Source: Deltaproteobacteria bacterium UBA5799
GTDB taxonomy: Bacteria; Desulfobacterota; GWC2-55-46
Direction: 5' to 3'
Length of the DNA: 63,889 bases
Assembly: GCA_002418185.1 (NCBI GenBank)
Contig: DIDN01000034.1
Location: forward strand, 1 to 63,889
Shown here: piece after piece, positions 49,232 through 58,222 of the stretch
How positions within the stretch are numbered: the stretch's first letter is position 1
How the letters are laid out: every line of letters starts with the position of its first letter
Position numbers and translations under genes: made by a program
Notes under the pieces: generated by a model
The model's database searches: none
What the model was told of the DNA's origin: nothing
Seen by the model: only the letters and a program-made list of their open reading frames with translations

Positions 49232-49636
49232 ATGGCGGACCTGCTCGATAAGGCGATACTCATAGGCATGGGTCTTGAAAGAAAGGCCAGGGAAGCCCTT
49301 GAGGAGCTTGAAAAGTCCGGAAAGGGATCGAAGGATGCATCAGGCGAGGCCGGACTTCCGCCCAGGGAGACGGTCGAGAACAGGGTGGTCGACGAGGGCG
49401 TGAGGGCGCTTAAGGAGTTCCTTTCCGTCGTGAGCTCCGCAAAGGAGAAGCTCGGGAAAGAGGTCGCGTCTTCATCCGGGAAGGTATTCGAGAAGCTCAA
49501 CGTGGCCACCCAGGAGGAGCTTGAGGTGGTGAAGGAGATGGCCAGGGTTGCGAGGGAGAAGGTAGACAGGCTCGAAAAGAGGGTTACGGAGCTCGAAGCG
49601 AGGCTTGAGAAAAACGAGCTCAGGGAAGGCTTGTAA
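49232..49636 (+). CDS. Coiled-coil protein, UbiK/BMFP-like or phasin-like
   Basis: C-terminal LNVATQEELEVVKEMARVAREKVDRLEKRVTELE parallels the UbiK (YqiC) pattern L.LVSREEFDV....L...R.K...LE.R...LE. Context is between ubiV-like and ubiB. Confidence 0.55.
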   Translation: MADLLDKAILIGMGLERKAREALEELEKSGKGSKDASGEAGLPPRETVENRVVDEGVRALKEFLSVVSSAKEKLGKEVASSSGKVFEKLNVATQEELEVVKEMARVAREKVDRLEKRVTELEARLEKNELREGL

Positions 49637-49645
49637 GTCGTACGG

Positions 49646-51316
49646 ATGGCGAACAGCGCATACAGGAACCTGAGCAGGCTCAACCGGATAGTGGTCACGC
49701 TCATAAGGTACGGCTTCGGCTCGCTCGCGAGGGAGCTCCGGGTGCTTCCGCCGTTCGTACCCGCGATAGAGCGGCTCTTCATATCTAAAAAGGCCCAGGG
49801 CTTGAGCGCCCCTGTGCGCATAAGGCTGGTCCTCGAGGAGCTAGGCCCGACCTTCATAAAGCTCGGGCAGATCGCCTCGACCAGGGCAGACCTCCTGCCG
49901 CCCGAATGGGTGGAGGAGATGAAGAAGCTCCAGGACATGGTCCCGCCCGTGCCGTACGAGGAGGTCAGGAAGGCCGTCGAGGGCGCGCTCAAGGCGCCGA
50001 TAGGCTCGAAGTTCGCCTCCTTCGACCCGGTCCCGGTCGCCTCGGCCTCGATCGCCCAGGTCCATTACGCGGAGCTCTTCGACGGCACCAAAGTCGCCGT
50101 GAAGGTGAAGAGGCCGGGCATAGGGCGCGTCATCGACTCCGATCTCTCGGTCATGCATACCATAGCAGGGCTGCTCGACAGGTATGTGCCTGCCGCGCGC
50201 CGGTACAGGCCTCACGACGTCGTCGGCGAGTTCGAGAGGGTCATAAGGAACGAGCAGAACCTGGCGGCCGAGGGCGTAAACATAAGCCGTTTCTCGGAGA
50301 TGTTCAAGGGCGACCCGGCCGTCCAGATACCGCGCGTCTTCTGGGACTACACCAACGAGGACATCCTCACGATGGAGCGCATATACGGCACTCCAATCGA
50401 CGAGGTCGAGGCGCTCAGGGCCAAGGGGCTCGACATAAAGGAGGTCGCGACAAGGGGCCTCACCATATTCTTCAAGCAGGTCTTCGACCACGGGGTATTC
50501 CACGCGGACCTCCACCCGGGGAACATCTTCGTGAGGGACGACGGGACGATCATCTACCTGGACTTCGGCATAGTCGGGAGGATAGACCGGGACTTGAGGA
50601 AGTATCTCGCGAGCATGCTCTACCATCTCGTCAGGGCCGACTACCAAAGGATGGCGGTCGTGCACAGGGAGATGGGGCTCATATCCGAGGACGTGAGCCT
50701 CTCGGACTTCGAGGACGCGCTCCGGGACATATCAGAGCCGATATTCGGCAGGACGCTCGAGCAGATAGACATCTCCGGGCTCCTCATGAAGCTCATCCAG
50801 ACCGCAAAGCGCTTCAATATGAAATTGCAGCCGAACCTCCTGCTTCTCCAGAAGTCGATGGTCATAATCGAGGGGGTGGGGAGGCAGCTATACCCCGACG
50901 TAAACATGTGGGAGGTGGCAAAGCCCCTCATTTACAGGTGGATGGCGAGGGAGAAGCTCTCGCCGAAAAGGGTCGTCGAGAAGGGGCGCGAGAGGGTGGA
51001 AGACATGCTGGATACAGCCTTCGACCTGCCCGTGAATTTCAATACCCTGGTCCGGAGGGCGCTGAGGGAGGATTTGAGGATAGGGTTCGTGCACCACAGG
51101 CTGGAGGATGTCACAGGGGAGCTTGAGAGGGCCGGAAGGAGGATAGGCGGCGGGCTTGTGGTGGCCGCTCTCTTTATCGGCGCCTCGCTCGTGGCGGTCT
51201 TTTCCGGCGACGGGCCGAGGTTCATGGGGCTCCCGGTCCTGAGCGGGGCGGGTTACCTGGCAGGCGCCGTCATTGGATACAGGCTTTTCCGGAGGTCCAG
51301 GATTGATGGAAGGTAA
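49646..51316 (+). CDS. ubiB: ABC1/UbiB-family atypical kinase
   Basis: KLGQIASTRADLLP, ASASIAQVH, HADLHPGN and DFG motifs, plus C-terminal TM helices. 556 aa. Confidence 0.9.
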   Translation: MANSAYRNLSRLNRIVVTLIRYGFGSLARELRVLPPFVPAIERLFISKKAQGLSAPVRIRLVLEELGPTFIKLGQIASTRADLLPPEWVEEMKKLQDMVPPVPYEEVRKAVEGALKAPIGSKFASFDPVPVASASIAQVHYAELFDGTKVAVKVKRPGIGRVIDSDLSVMHTIAGLLDRYVPAARRYRPHDVVGEFERVIRNEQNLAAEGVNISRFSEMFKGDPAVQIPRVFWDYTNEDILTMERIYGTPIDEVEALRAKGLDIKEVATRGLTIFFKQVFDHGVFHADLHPGNIFVRDDGTIIYLDFGIVGRIDRDLRKYLASMLYHLVRADYQRMAVVHREMGLISEDVSLSDFEDALRDISEPIFGRTLEQIDISGLLMKLIQTAKRFNMKLQPNLLLLQKSMVIIEGVGRQLYPDVNMWEVAKPLIYRWMAREKLSPKRVVEKGRERVEDMLDTAFDLPVNFNTLVRRALREDLRIGFVHHRLEDVTGELERAGRRIGGGLVVAALFIGASLVAVFSGDGPRFMGLPVLSGAGYLAGAVIGYRLFRRSRIDGR

Positions 51317-51734
51317 AAAGACAAAGGTCGTTGCCGTCATCCAGTGCGATTTCGCGAAGGAGCGCTGCAGCGGCTTCGCCTGCCTCGATTCGTTCGCAAA
51401 GAGGATAGACGCCTTCAAAGGTTATCCGGCGGACTCAGGGATAATAGCCGTTCCCTTCAACTGCGGCGGCTGCCCCGGCAGGAGGATACCGAGGACGGTG
51501 GCGCACCTCGTCAAATCGGCCATGAAAAAGGCAGGGGTTGAAAAGGACGAGATAGTCATTCACCTCTCCTCGTGCATGGTCACGGACAACGGCCATTACC
51601 CGCCGTGCCCGCATCTCGGTTACATAGAGAAGATGCTTGAAAGGAAGGGCGTTGCGTACAGGAAAGGGAGCTACGGGAGCAAGACAGCGTCCTCGCGCAG
51701 GAGAGAGGGCAAATACGAGCCGTTCGAGTTTTAG
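51306..51734 (+). CDS. CGGC-domain protein (Cys-rich, uncharacterised)
   Basis: NCGGCPGR motif plus further conserved Cys residues (CDFAKERCSGFAC, SSC, PPCPH). ATG 51306 overlaps the ubiB stop. Confidence 0.75.
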   Translation: MEGKKTKVVAVIQCDFAKERCSGFACLDSFAKRIDAFKGYPADSGIIAVPFNCGGCPGRRIPRTVAHLVKSAMKKAGVEKDEIVIHLSSCMVTDNGHYPPCPHLGYIEKMLERKGVAYRKGSYGSKTASSRRREGKYEPFEF

Positions 51735-51749
51735 CCAAAGGCAGGGTGT

Positions 51750-52496
51750 ATGACGGAGAAGATGACGTATTTCGGGAACAAGCTCGTCCCGGAGGGGGAA
51801 AAGGAGAAGAAGGTCAGGGAGGTCTTCGACTCGGTGGCCGGGAAGTACGACCTGATGAACGACCTCATGAGCTTCGGCATCCACAGGCTCTGGAAGAGGC
51901 TCGTCGCGTCCGAGACGGGGCTCAGGCCCGGGCAGTCGGCCCTGGACGTGGCCGGCGGCACCGCCGATATAGCCATACTCATGGCTGACAGGGTGGGCCC
52001 GGACGGCAGTGTCGTGGTTTTCGACATCAACGGCGAGATGCTGAAGGTAGGGCGCGACAAGTGCGTCGACAGGGGCTATCTCTCGAACATGCGCTTTGCC
52101 CAGGGGAACGCCGAGGAGATACCCTTTGAGGAGAACTCCTTCCACTGCGCGACCGTCGGCTTCGGCATAAGGAACGTAACGCACCTTGACCGGGCCCTCT
52201 CCGAGATGACCAGGGTGGTAAAGCCCGGAGGCAAGGTCATCTGCCTCGAGTTCTCGCGCCCCGAGAGCGCGCTCCTACGGAAGGCCTACGACCTCTATTC
52301 CTTCTCGTTCATACCGGCGGTCGGAGAGATGATAACCGGGAACAGGGGCGCGTACGAATACCTGCCCGAGTCGATACGCAAGTTTCCGCCGCAGGAGGAG
52401 CTTAGGAGGATAATGAAGGAAGCAGGGCTGTGGAAGGTCAAGTACCATAATCTCCTTAACGGAATAGCCGCCGTGCACGTGGGCGTAAAGGTATAG
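51750..52496 (+). CDS. ubiE: Demethylmenaquinone/ubiquinone C-methyltransferase
   Basis: VREVFDSVAGKYDLMNDLMSFGIHRLWKR and SAM motif LDVAGGTAD. Classic UbiE/MenG. Confidence 0.9.
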   Translation: MTEKMTYFGNKLVPEGEKEKKVREVFDSVAGKYDLMNDLMSFGIHRLWKRLVASETGLRPGQSALDVAGGTADIAILMADRVGPDGSVVVFDINGEMLKVGRDKCVDRGYLSNMRFAQGNAEEIPFEENSFHCATVGFGIRNVTHLDRALSEMTRVVKPGGKVICLEFSRPESALLRKAYDLYSFSFIPAVGEMITGNRGAYEYLPESIRKFPPQEELRRIMKEAGLWKVKYHNLLNGIAAVHVGVKV

Positions 52497-52532
52497 GCTG
52501 CAGCATTCGGTCTGATATCCCGGGGAAAGCGC

Positions 52533-52955
52533 ATGGAAAAGGAAGAAGCAAAAAAGAAACTGAGGGAAGGGTTCTACAAGGGCCTGCGCCTGCCGTTGAA
52601 GGCCATGCCGCTCTGGATGGAGGCCATCGGCATGGGGGTCTTCATCTCGACGATACTCGACAGGAACCCGGGTTTCCGCGAAAGGCTCGCAGAGATTGAC
52701 GACAAGCTCTTCCTGTTCGAGGCCAGGGACGTGGAAAAGAGGTTCTTCCTCCACGTGAAGGACAGGAACATAAAGGTGGTGCCCCATTCGGTGCGCCGGC
52801 CCGACGTCGCCATGAGCGGGAGCGCGAGCGTCCTCATGGAGGTGCTCCTCGGCAAGGAAGACCCGGACACGGTCTTCTTTTCAAGGAAGCTCGAGATAAC
52901 AGGCGACACCGCCGCCGCGATACACCTTAAAAACCTCCTCGCCTCGCTGGGATAG
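52533..52955 (+). CDS. SCP2 lipid-binding domain protein (UbiJ/UbiT-like)
   Basis: 140 aa with the C-terminal SCP2 pattern KLEITGDTAAAIHLKNLL. Immediately follows ubiE, as UbiJ does in proteobacteria. Confidence 0.7.
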   Translation: MEKEEAKKKLREGFYKGLRLPLKAMPLWMEAIGMGVFISTILDRNPGFRERLAEIDDKLFLFEARDVEKRFFLHVKDRNIKVVPHSVRRPDVAMSGSASVLMEVLLGKEDPDTVFFSRKLEITGDTAAAIHLKNLLASLG

Positions 52956-53180
52956 CCCTGAAGCAGGCCGTCCCCCGCCCTTCAAAAAAAAATCGGCAAA
53001 AGAGTTGACAAATGCACAGGGTGAGATAAGCTTTTTTCCAATACACTTTTCAGCATTGCCTCAGAGCCCGCCTGTCTCCTCGAGGAGGCTGCCGCCGGGC
53101 CGTTTTTTATCCTTCGCACCCAATTCATAAGAGCTGTCCGGCCTCCGGGCCCCTTTTTGCGTCAAACCAGTGAGGTGGAC

Positions 53181-56100
53181 ATGAAGAGGACGGCTTTTCT
53201 TCTGATTCTGGTCCTGATGGCGCTGGCCCTCCCGGGCACGACCCTGGCCGATATCTTCTATGTGCGCGCGGACGCCCCGGGCGACAACTCCGGCACCGAC
53301 TGGACAAACGCGTTCAGGGGCCTCCCCGAGGAGCTTGAGCGCGGTGGCACGTATTACGTGGCGTCAGGAGAGTACCCCGGTTACACATTCGACGACCCGC
53401 TGCCTGAAACCCCCGCTTTCATATACATAAAAAAGGCTATGTCCGGAGACCACGGCACTGACACCGGATGGGAGGACTACCTGGGAGAGGGGAGCGCGGT
53501 CTTTGAGGCGCCGTTCGTCTTCAAGGCGGGCTACTACGAAATAGACGGGCAGGCCGGAGGCGGACCCGGGAGCTGGAAGGAGGGGCACGGCATCAAGCTG
53601 CGGCACTCGGGCGCTTCGGACCAGATAAAGCTTATCAAAATGGACGCCAGGGTCTCGAACCTCGTCTTCAAGCACATGGAGATGTATTTCAGCCCGTGCA
53701 CCACGTGCTCTGGCCAGGACATCGTCTACGGCCTTAGCGGCGGCTCGGACTGGACATTCCGGGACTGCTACATGCACCACGCGGGCAGGGTCATACTCCT
53801 CACCTTCGGCGCCACCAGCAACGTGCTAATAGAGAACTCCATGCTCGAGAGGAACGGTGTGTCGTCCGCCCAGCACTCCGAGATATGGATAGCGCGTGAC
53901 GTCAACAACGCCGTCGTGAGGAACAGCGTGATAGCGGACTTCGTGAGCACCGGCGGCATAATAATAAGCCGGGGCGAGAACTGGGACATCTACGGCAATA
54001 TTTTCATCTGGACCGAAAACTTCGGACGGAGGTCCATGAACGGGGCGATAGGGAGCCTCGCCTCCTCGTCCGACTATTACGCCCGGAACATAAACATATA
54101 CAACAACTCTTTCGTGAACCTTCTGGAGGGCGGGGCCGGGAAAATATTTCCCATCTATAACGAGATAACGGGCATAAGGGCATATAACAACCTCTGGTAT
54201 AACAGCCCCGCCACCGCGTTCGGCCCGGATGTCGAGCATAATTACAACTGGTTCATGAACTCGAACGAGGGCGCGATATTCGAGAGCGCCATGCAGGTCG
54301 GGGAGGGCGACCCGTTTGTCGATTACACCGCCGGCGACTTCCGTCTCTCTGCCGCGACCGAACCTGGCGTGGTCCTGCCGGAAATCTACGATACGGATAT
54401 GGACGGAGTCATCCGCGGCGCTGACGGCTTCTGGGACCGCGGCGCGTTCGAATTCGAATCGACAGGCGGCGAGGCGAACGAGCCTCCGGCGGCTTTCGAC
54501 GACTCCGCGGTAACTGCGGAGGATACTCCCGTGGCCATCGATGTGCTCGCAAACGACACCGACACTGAAAACGACCCGCTTACGGTAAGCGGCCTGTCGC
54601 CGCCCGGAAGCGGCGCCGTGGCGCTGAACCCGGACCAGACCGTGACATACACGCCGGACCCGGGTTTTTCAGGCACGGACAGCTTCACATACAAAGCCCA
54701 CGACGGCAGGTCCGAGAGCAATGCTGCTACCGTGACGGTGACGGTCTCGGCGGGAGAAACGCTTATCGCCAACGACGATGCGTATTCCACCGATGAAGAC
54801 AACGCCCTTGTCGCCGAAGCGCCGGGCGTCCTCGGAAACGATTCGCTTGAGGGTGAAGCCCCGGGCGCCGTGCTCGTCTCTGGCACGGTAAACGGCACGG
54901 TCGATCTGGAACCCGACGGCTCCTTCAGATACGAGCCCCTGGCCGACTATAACGGCCAGGACTCCTTTTCATACAAGGTGGTCACCGCGCTTTCCGAGAG
55001 CAACATTGCGGCCGTAGTCCTGACGATAAAGCCGGTTAACGACGCGCCTGCCGCGGCAGACGATTCAACTTCCACGTTCCGGGAGATGCCGGTAGTCATA
55101 AATGTGCTTGCGAATGATTCGGATATCGAAGGCGACGCATTGACGGTTGCTGCCCTTGCCGGGCCTCAGAACGGGACAGCGGACATTAACCCTGACCAGA
55201 CCGTGACATACACGCCGGACCCGGGCTTCTCAGGCGTTGACAGCTTAACATACAGGGCGTTCGACGGCGAGGCGGAGAGCAACACCGCTACGGTTACCAT
55301 AACCGTGCAGGACAGGCCTGTTGCGGTCGATGATTCATATTCTACCCTGGAGGATACTCCTTTGCAGGTGGCAGCCCCGGGCGTGCTCGGGAATGACTCT
55401 GGCGAGGGGGTTCTAACTGCCCAGCTCGAAACCGGCCCTGCGAACGGAAGCCTTACCCTGAACCCGGACGGATCGTTCCTTTATACTCCGGCAGCGGGCT
55501 ATTCAGGAAGTGACTCGTTTACCTACAAGGCGGCCTCCGGAGGGGTTGAAAGCGATGCCGCGACGGTTTCCATAACCGTGCAGGACAGGCCTGTTGCGGT
55601 CGATGATTCATATTCTACCCTGGAGGATACTCCTTTGCAGGTGGCAGCCCCGGGCGTGCTCGGGAATGACTCTGGCGAGGGGGCTCTAACTGCCCAGCTC
55701 GAAACCGGCCCTGCGAACGGAAGCCTTACCCTGAACCCGGACGGATCGTTCCTTTATACTCCGGCAGCGGGCTATTCAGGAAGTGACTCGTTTACTTATA
55801 AGGCAGTCTCCGGAGGGGTGGAGAGCGAATTCGCGACGGTTACTATAACCGTTGCCAGGGAATCCAACACCGCGCCGGTCGGATACCAGGACAGCGCTAC
55901 AACCGACTTCAATACGCCAGTAATCATACCTGTCCTCGAAAACGATGTTGACGCGGACGGAGACCCGCTTAGCGTGGCGGCCATAACCATCCCACCCCCC
56001 AACGGCACGGCAGCCATAAACCCCGACAACACCGTGACATACACGCCGAATCCCGGCTTCAGCGGGAGCGACAGGTTTTATTACAAGGCTACCGACGGAA

Positions 56101-56435
56101 TGGACCTGAGCAATACGACGAGGGTCACGGTCAGCGTCAGATCGAACAAGCCCCCGGTAGCGGTAGTGGACTATGCCAAAACCGTCGTCAACACGCCGGT
56201 TTTGATAGACATTGCCGCAAACGACTATGACGTCGACGGGACGGTGGTGAGGGAAAGCGTTACCGTACTTACCAACCCGGGCCGCGGCGGCACGGTCGTA
56301 AATAACGGAGACGGCACGGTGACATTCACCCCGGCAGCCGACTTCAAGGGCTTCGATTACTTCTATTACAATATCAAGGACGACTACGGCGCGACATCGA
56401 GGAGCGCCAAGGTTACCGTGCAGATGGTCAATTAA
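53181..56435 (+). CDS. Secreted parallel beta-helix domain protein with seven cadherin/Ig-like tandem repeats
   Basis: Signal peptide MKRTAFLLILVLMALALPGTTLA. The N-terminal roughly 430 aa show beta-helix-like periodic N/V/I ladders. Seven units of about 91-95 aa follow (DDxxxTxEDTPxxIxVLxNDxD...NPDxTxTYTPxxGFSGxDSFTYK). Start ATG 53181 has a GAGGTGG RBS. Confidence 0.85.
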   Translation: MKRTAFLLILVLMALALPGTTLADIFYVRADAPGDNSGTDWTNAFRGLPEELERGGTYYVASGEYPGYTFDDPLPETPAFIYIKKAMSGDHGTDTGWEDYLGEGSAVFEAPFVFKAGYYEIDGQAGGGPGSWKEGHGIKLRHSGASDQIKLIKMDARVSNLVFKHMEMYFSPCTTCSGQDIVYGLSGGSDWTFRDCYMHHAGRVILLTFGATSNVLIENSMLERNGVSSAQHSEIWIARDVNNAVVRNSVIADFVSTGGIIISRGENWDIYGNIFIWTENFGRRSMNGAIGSLASSSDYYARNINIYNNSFVNLLEGGAGKIFPIYNEITGIRAYNNLWYNSPATAFGPDVEHNYNWFMNSNEGAIFESAMQVGEGDPFVDYTAGDFRLSAATEPGVVLPEIYDTDMDGVIRGADGFWDRGAFEFESTGGEANEPPAAFDDSAVTAEDTPVAIDVLANDTDTENDPLTVSGLSPPGSGAVALNPDQTVTYTPDPGFSGTDSFTYKAHDGRSESNAATVTVTVSAGETLIANDDAYSTDEDNALVAEAPGVLGNDSLEGEAPGAVLVSGTVNGTVDLEPDGSFRYEPLADYNGQDSFSYKVVTALSESNIAAVVLTIKPVNDAPAAADDSTSTFREMPVVINVLANDSDIEGDALTVAALAGPQNGTADINPDQTVTYTPDPGFSGVDSLTYRAFDGEAESNTATVTITVQDRPVAVDDSYSTLEDTPLQVAAPGVLGNDSGEGVLTAQLETGPANGSLTLNPDGSFLYTPAAGYSGSDSFTYKAASGGVESDAATVSITVQDRPVAVDDSYSTLEDTPLQVAAPGVLGNDSGEGALTAQLETGPANGSLTLNPDGSFLYTPAAGYSGSDSFTYKAVSGGVESEFATVTITVARESNTAPVGYQDSATTDFNTPVIIPVLENDVDADGDPLSVAAITIPPPNGTAAINPDNTVTYTPNPGFSGSDRFYYKATDGMDLSNTTRVTVSVRSNKPPVAVVDYAKTVVNTPVLIDIAANDYDVDGTVVRESVTVLTNPGRGGTVVNNGDGTVTFTPAADFKGFDYFYYNIKDDYGATSRSAKVTVQMVN
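55301..55846 (+). repeat. Near-identical 273-bp tandem duplication inside the adhesin-like gene
   Basis: 55301-55573 against 55574-55846. The first roughly 225 bp of each unit differ at a single position, and the last roughly 50 bp diverge. Confidence 0.9.
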
Positions 56436-56631
56436 GGGAGGCGCGGTCCGGGCGGGTACTGGCGGCAAGGATGTCGGACGCTCCCTCCGAACAATTCGGC
56501 GGCATGGGGGTAGAGCCGTCGGGGACGCAAGCGGAAACTGCGCGGATGTGTTTGGTGCGCTTCGAGCAAGTGTCCGTAAACCCCAGCTCCAACCTCTCCG
56601 GCATTCCTCCCGCGAATCCGTGCAGGCTGGT

Positions 56632-57906
56632 TCAGAAGGCCGCGAAGAGCATGAGGGTGGTAAGGTTGTCGCCGCTTCCGGGGCCCGGGCCGCCTGCACC
56701 GGAATACCATGTGGAATCGAGCTGGAGCTGTACGTTCTGAAGTGGGGTGTAGACGACCCCGAGAGTGGTGGCCCTGTCCTTGTCGTCTCCCGGGGCGCCG
56801 CTTTTGCCGTGCCGATAGGCCGCGGCGGCAGTGAGCTTGCCTGGAAGCACGCCTAGCTCGGCGAGCACTGTCCATGCCTTCCTGGCCTTTTCCTGGCTCT
56901 CGTTGAATATGTTCCCGCCCTCGCCCTGCTCGCCGTCTGATTTCGCCGCCCTCGCGTAGGTGAGATATACGCCGAGAGGGAACCCGCCGGCAGTGCCCTG
57001 CGCCTGGGCGTCCACTGCCCATGCCTCGGCTTCCTTTCTTGCGACGATAACGGCTGTCTCGTCGCCCGGGTCGGCGCTTACGTTAGTCTCCTTGCCCGCC
57101 CATATCTGACCGCCAAACCCCAAGTCCCAGCCATTGAAGGTCGGAGTAAAAGCGATCCTCCCGTAGTGGAGATAAGGGCCCGAGGCTATTTCCGACGAGT
57201 GCTCGTTCGACCAGAGCGTGTAGTTGGCGAACCAGAGCTGGTGCACGGCGGCAAGCGTGATCCCGGTCGCCTCGGTAGCGGTACCGATGTACTGCTGGGC
57301 GGAGATCTCCGTCCGGTGCTCGACCGGCCTCTGGAGCCTCAGTGCACCGGTATTCAGGAGCTCAAGTCCGTATGTCGGGCCGAAACCGTCGGTCGTGAAC
57401 GGGATTGCATTCAAATTGACCTCTCCTGCCAAGTACACGAACGGTATCTTGAAAGACGTAAAGCGAGGGTCCCCGTCCTTGAGTGACGCTTCCAGGAGAA
57501 AGCCCGCGTGCTCGCCGACCCTGCCGCCAAGAAGGAGCGCGGCCTCGTCCGGGAACTGAAGCTGCCCCTTGTTAAGCTCCTGGCCTTCTCCGGTGGCGTC
57601 CGGGTGGTTCGAGTCGCCGTCCCGCTTCTGGTACCTGATCTTGGTCACGAAAGAGGCGTTCAGGGCCGAGGGCAGGGAGAGAAAGTCCCCTTCTATCATG
57701 CTCTGGCCGCCAGTCATCGTATATCCCCCGGCCTTGAATGCCCTGCCGAAGGTATTGAGGCTTGGGAAGTGCTGGAAGTGGCAGGAATTGCATGCCATCC
57801 CGGTCTGGCGCGAAAACGCCGGCACGGCAGCAGACTCTGAAGGGGAAAACAGAATCAGCACGAAAAAAGAAAGCATGGCCGTAAAAAAAGAAAAAAGTTT
57901 TCTCAT
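56632..57906 (-). CDS. Monoheme cytochrome c fused to a predicted outer-membrane beta-barrel (Cyc2-like candidate)
   Basis: Signal peptide MRKLFSFFTAMLSFFVLILFSPSESAA, then PAFSRQTGMACNSCH (a single CXXCH). About 370 aa of alternating beta-strand-like sequence follow, rich in G/Y/T and ending in a terminal Phe (LMLFAAF). Start ATG 57906 has a GGGAGGGAG RBS. Confidence 0.8.
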   Translation of the reverse strand: MRKLFSFFTAMLSFFVLILFSPSESAAVPAFSRQTGMACNSCHFQHFPSLNTFGRAFKAGGYTMTGGQSMIEGDFLSLPSALNASFVTKIRYQKRDGDSNHPDATGEGQELNKGQLQFPDEAALLLGGRVGEHAGFLLEASLKDGDPRFTSFKIPFVYLAGEVNLNAIPFTTDGFGPTYGLELLNTGALRLQRPVEHRTEISAQQYIGTATEATGITLAAVHQLWFANYTLWSNEHSSEIASGPYLHYGRIAFTPTFNGWDLGFGGQIWAGKETNVSADPGDETAVIVARKEAEAWAVDAQAQGTAGGFPLGVYLTYARAAKSDGEQGEGGNIFNESQEKARKAWTVLAELGVLPGKLTAAAAYRHGKSGAPGDDKDRATTLGVVYTPLQNVQLQLDSTWYSGAGGPGPGSGDNLTTLMLFAAF

Positions 57907-58056
57907 CACTCCCTCCCCGGCTGAAATGACCGCGCCCTGATAACTGATAAGGGTCGGGTACGGAATTTCAAGGACTCTACCAGCAGTTTCGTGATTGTCA
58001 AGGGAAGGGAGGTGTTTTTTTTCAGTATGCGGGCTGGGCGGCCCCCCTGCGGGATG

Positions 58057-58085
58057 TTGACAGTGGGCGCTATTTCTGTTACTTT
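58057..58085 (+). promoter_or_regulatory. Candidate promoter for tRNA-Leu
   Basis: TTGACA (58057-58062), 17-nt spacer, TACTTT (58080-58085), about 30 nt upstream of the tRNA. Confidence 0.4.
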
Positions 58086-58115
58086 TCACGAATCTGCAAC
58101 GCTTCCACCTGAAGT

Positions 58116-58202
58116 GCCCGAGTGGCGGAATTGGCAGACGCACGGGACTTAAAATCCCGAGGTGGCAACACCGTGCCGGTTCGACCCCGGCCTCGGGCAC
58201 CA
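58116..58202 (+). tRNA. tRNA-Leu (anticodon UAA)
   Basis: Acceptor GCCCGAG/CTCGGGC, anticodon stem cggga/tcccg with loop CTTAAAA, long variable arm, GGTTCGACCCC T-arm, encoded CCA. Confidence 0.9.
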
Positions 58203-58222
58203 CTACTAACCCGCCGAAAACA

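Noticed and set aside
53005-53032. TTGACA-N16-TAAGCT as a promoter for the adhesin-like gene
   Set aside because: The -10 match is weak and it lies about 150 nt from the start codon. This is not enough support to list as a feature.
57907-58203. N-terminal 99-codon extension of the 56632-58203 minus-strand ORF
   Set aside because: The extension runs antisense through tRNA-Leu(UAA) and its promoter. A good RBS, ATG and signal peptide start at 57906.
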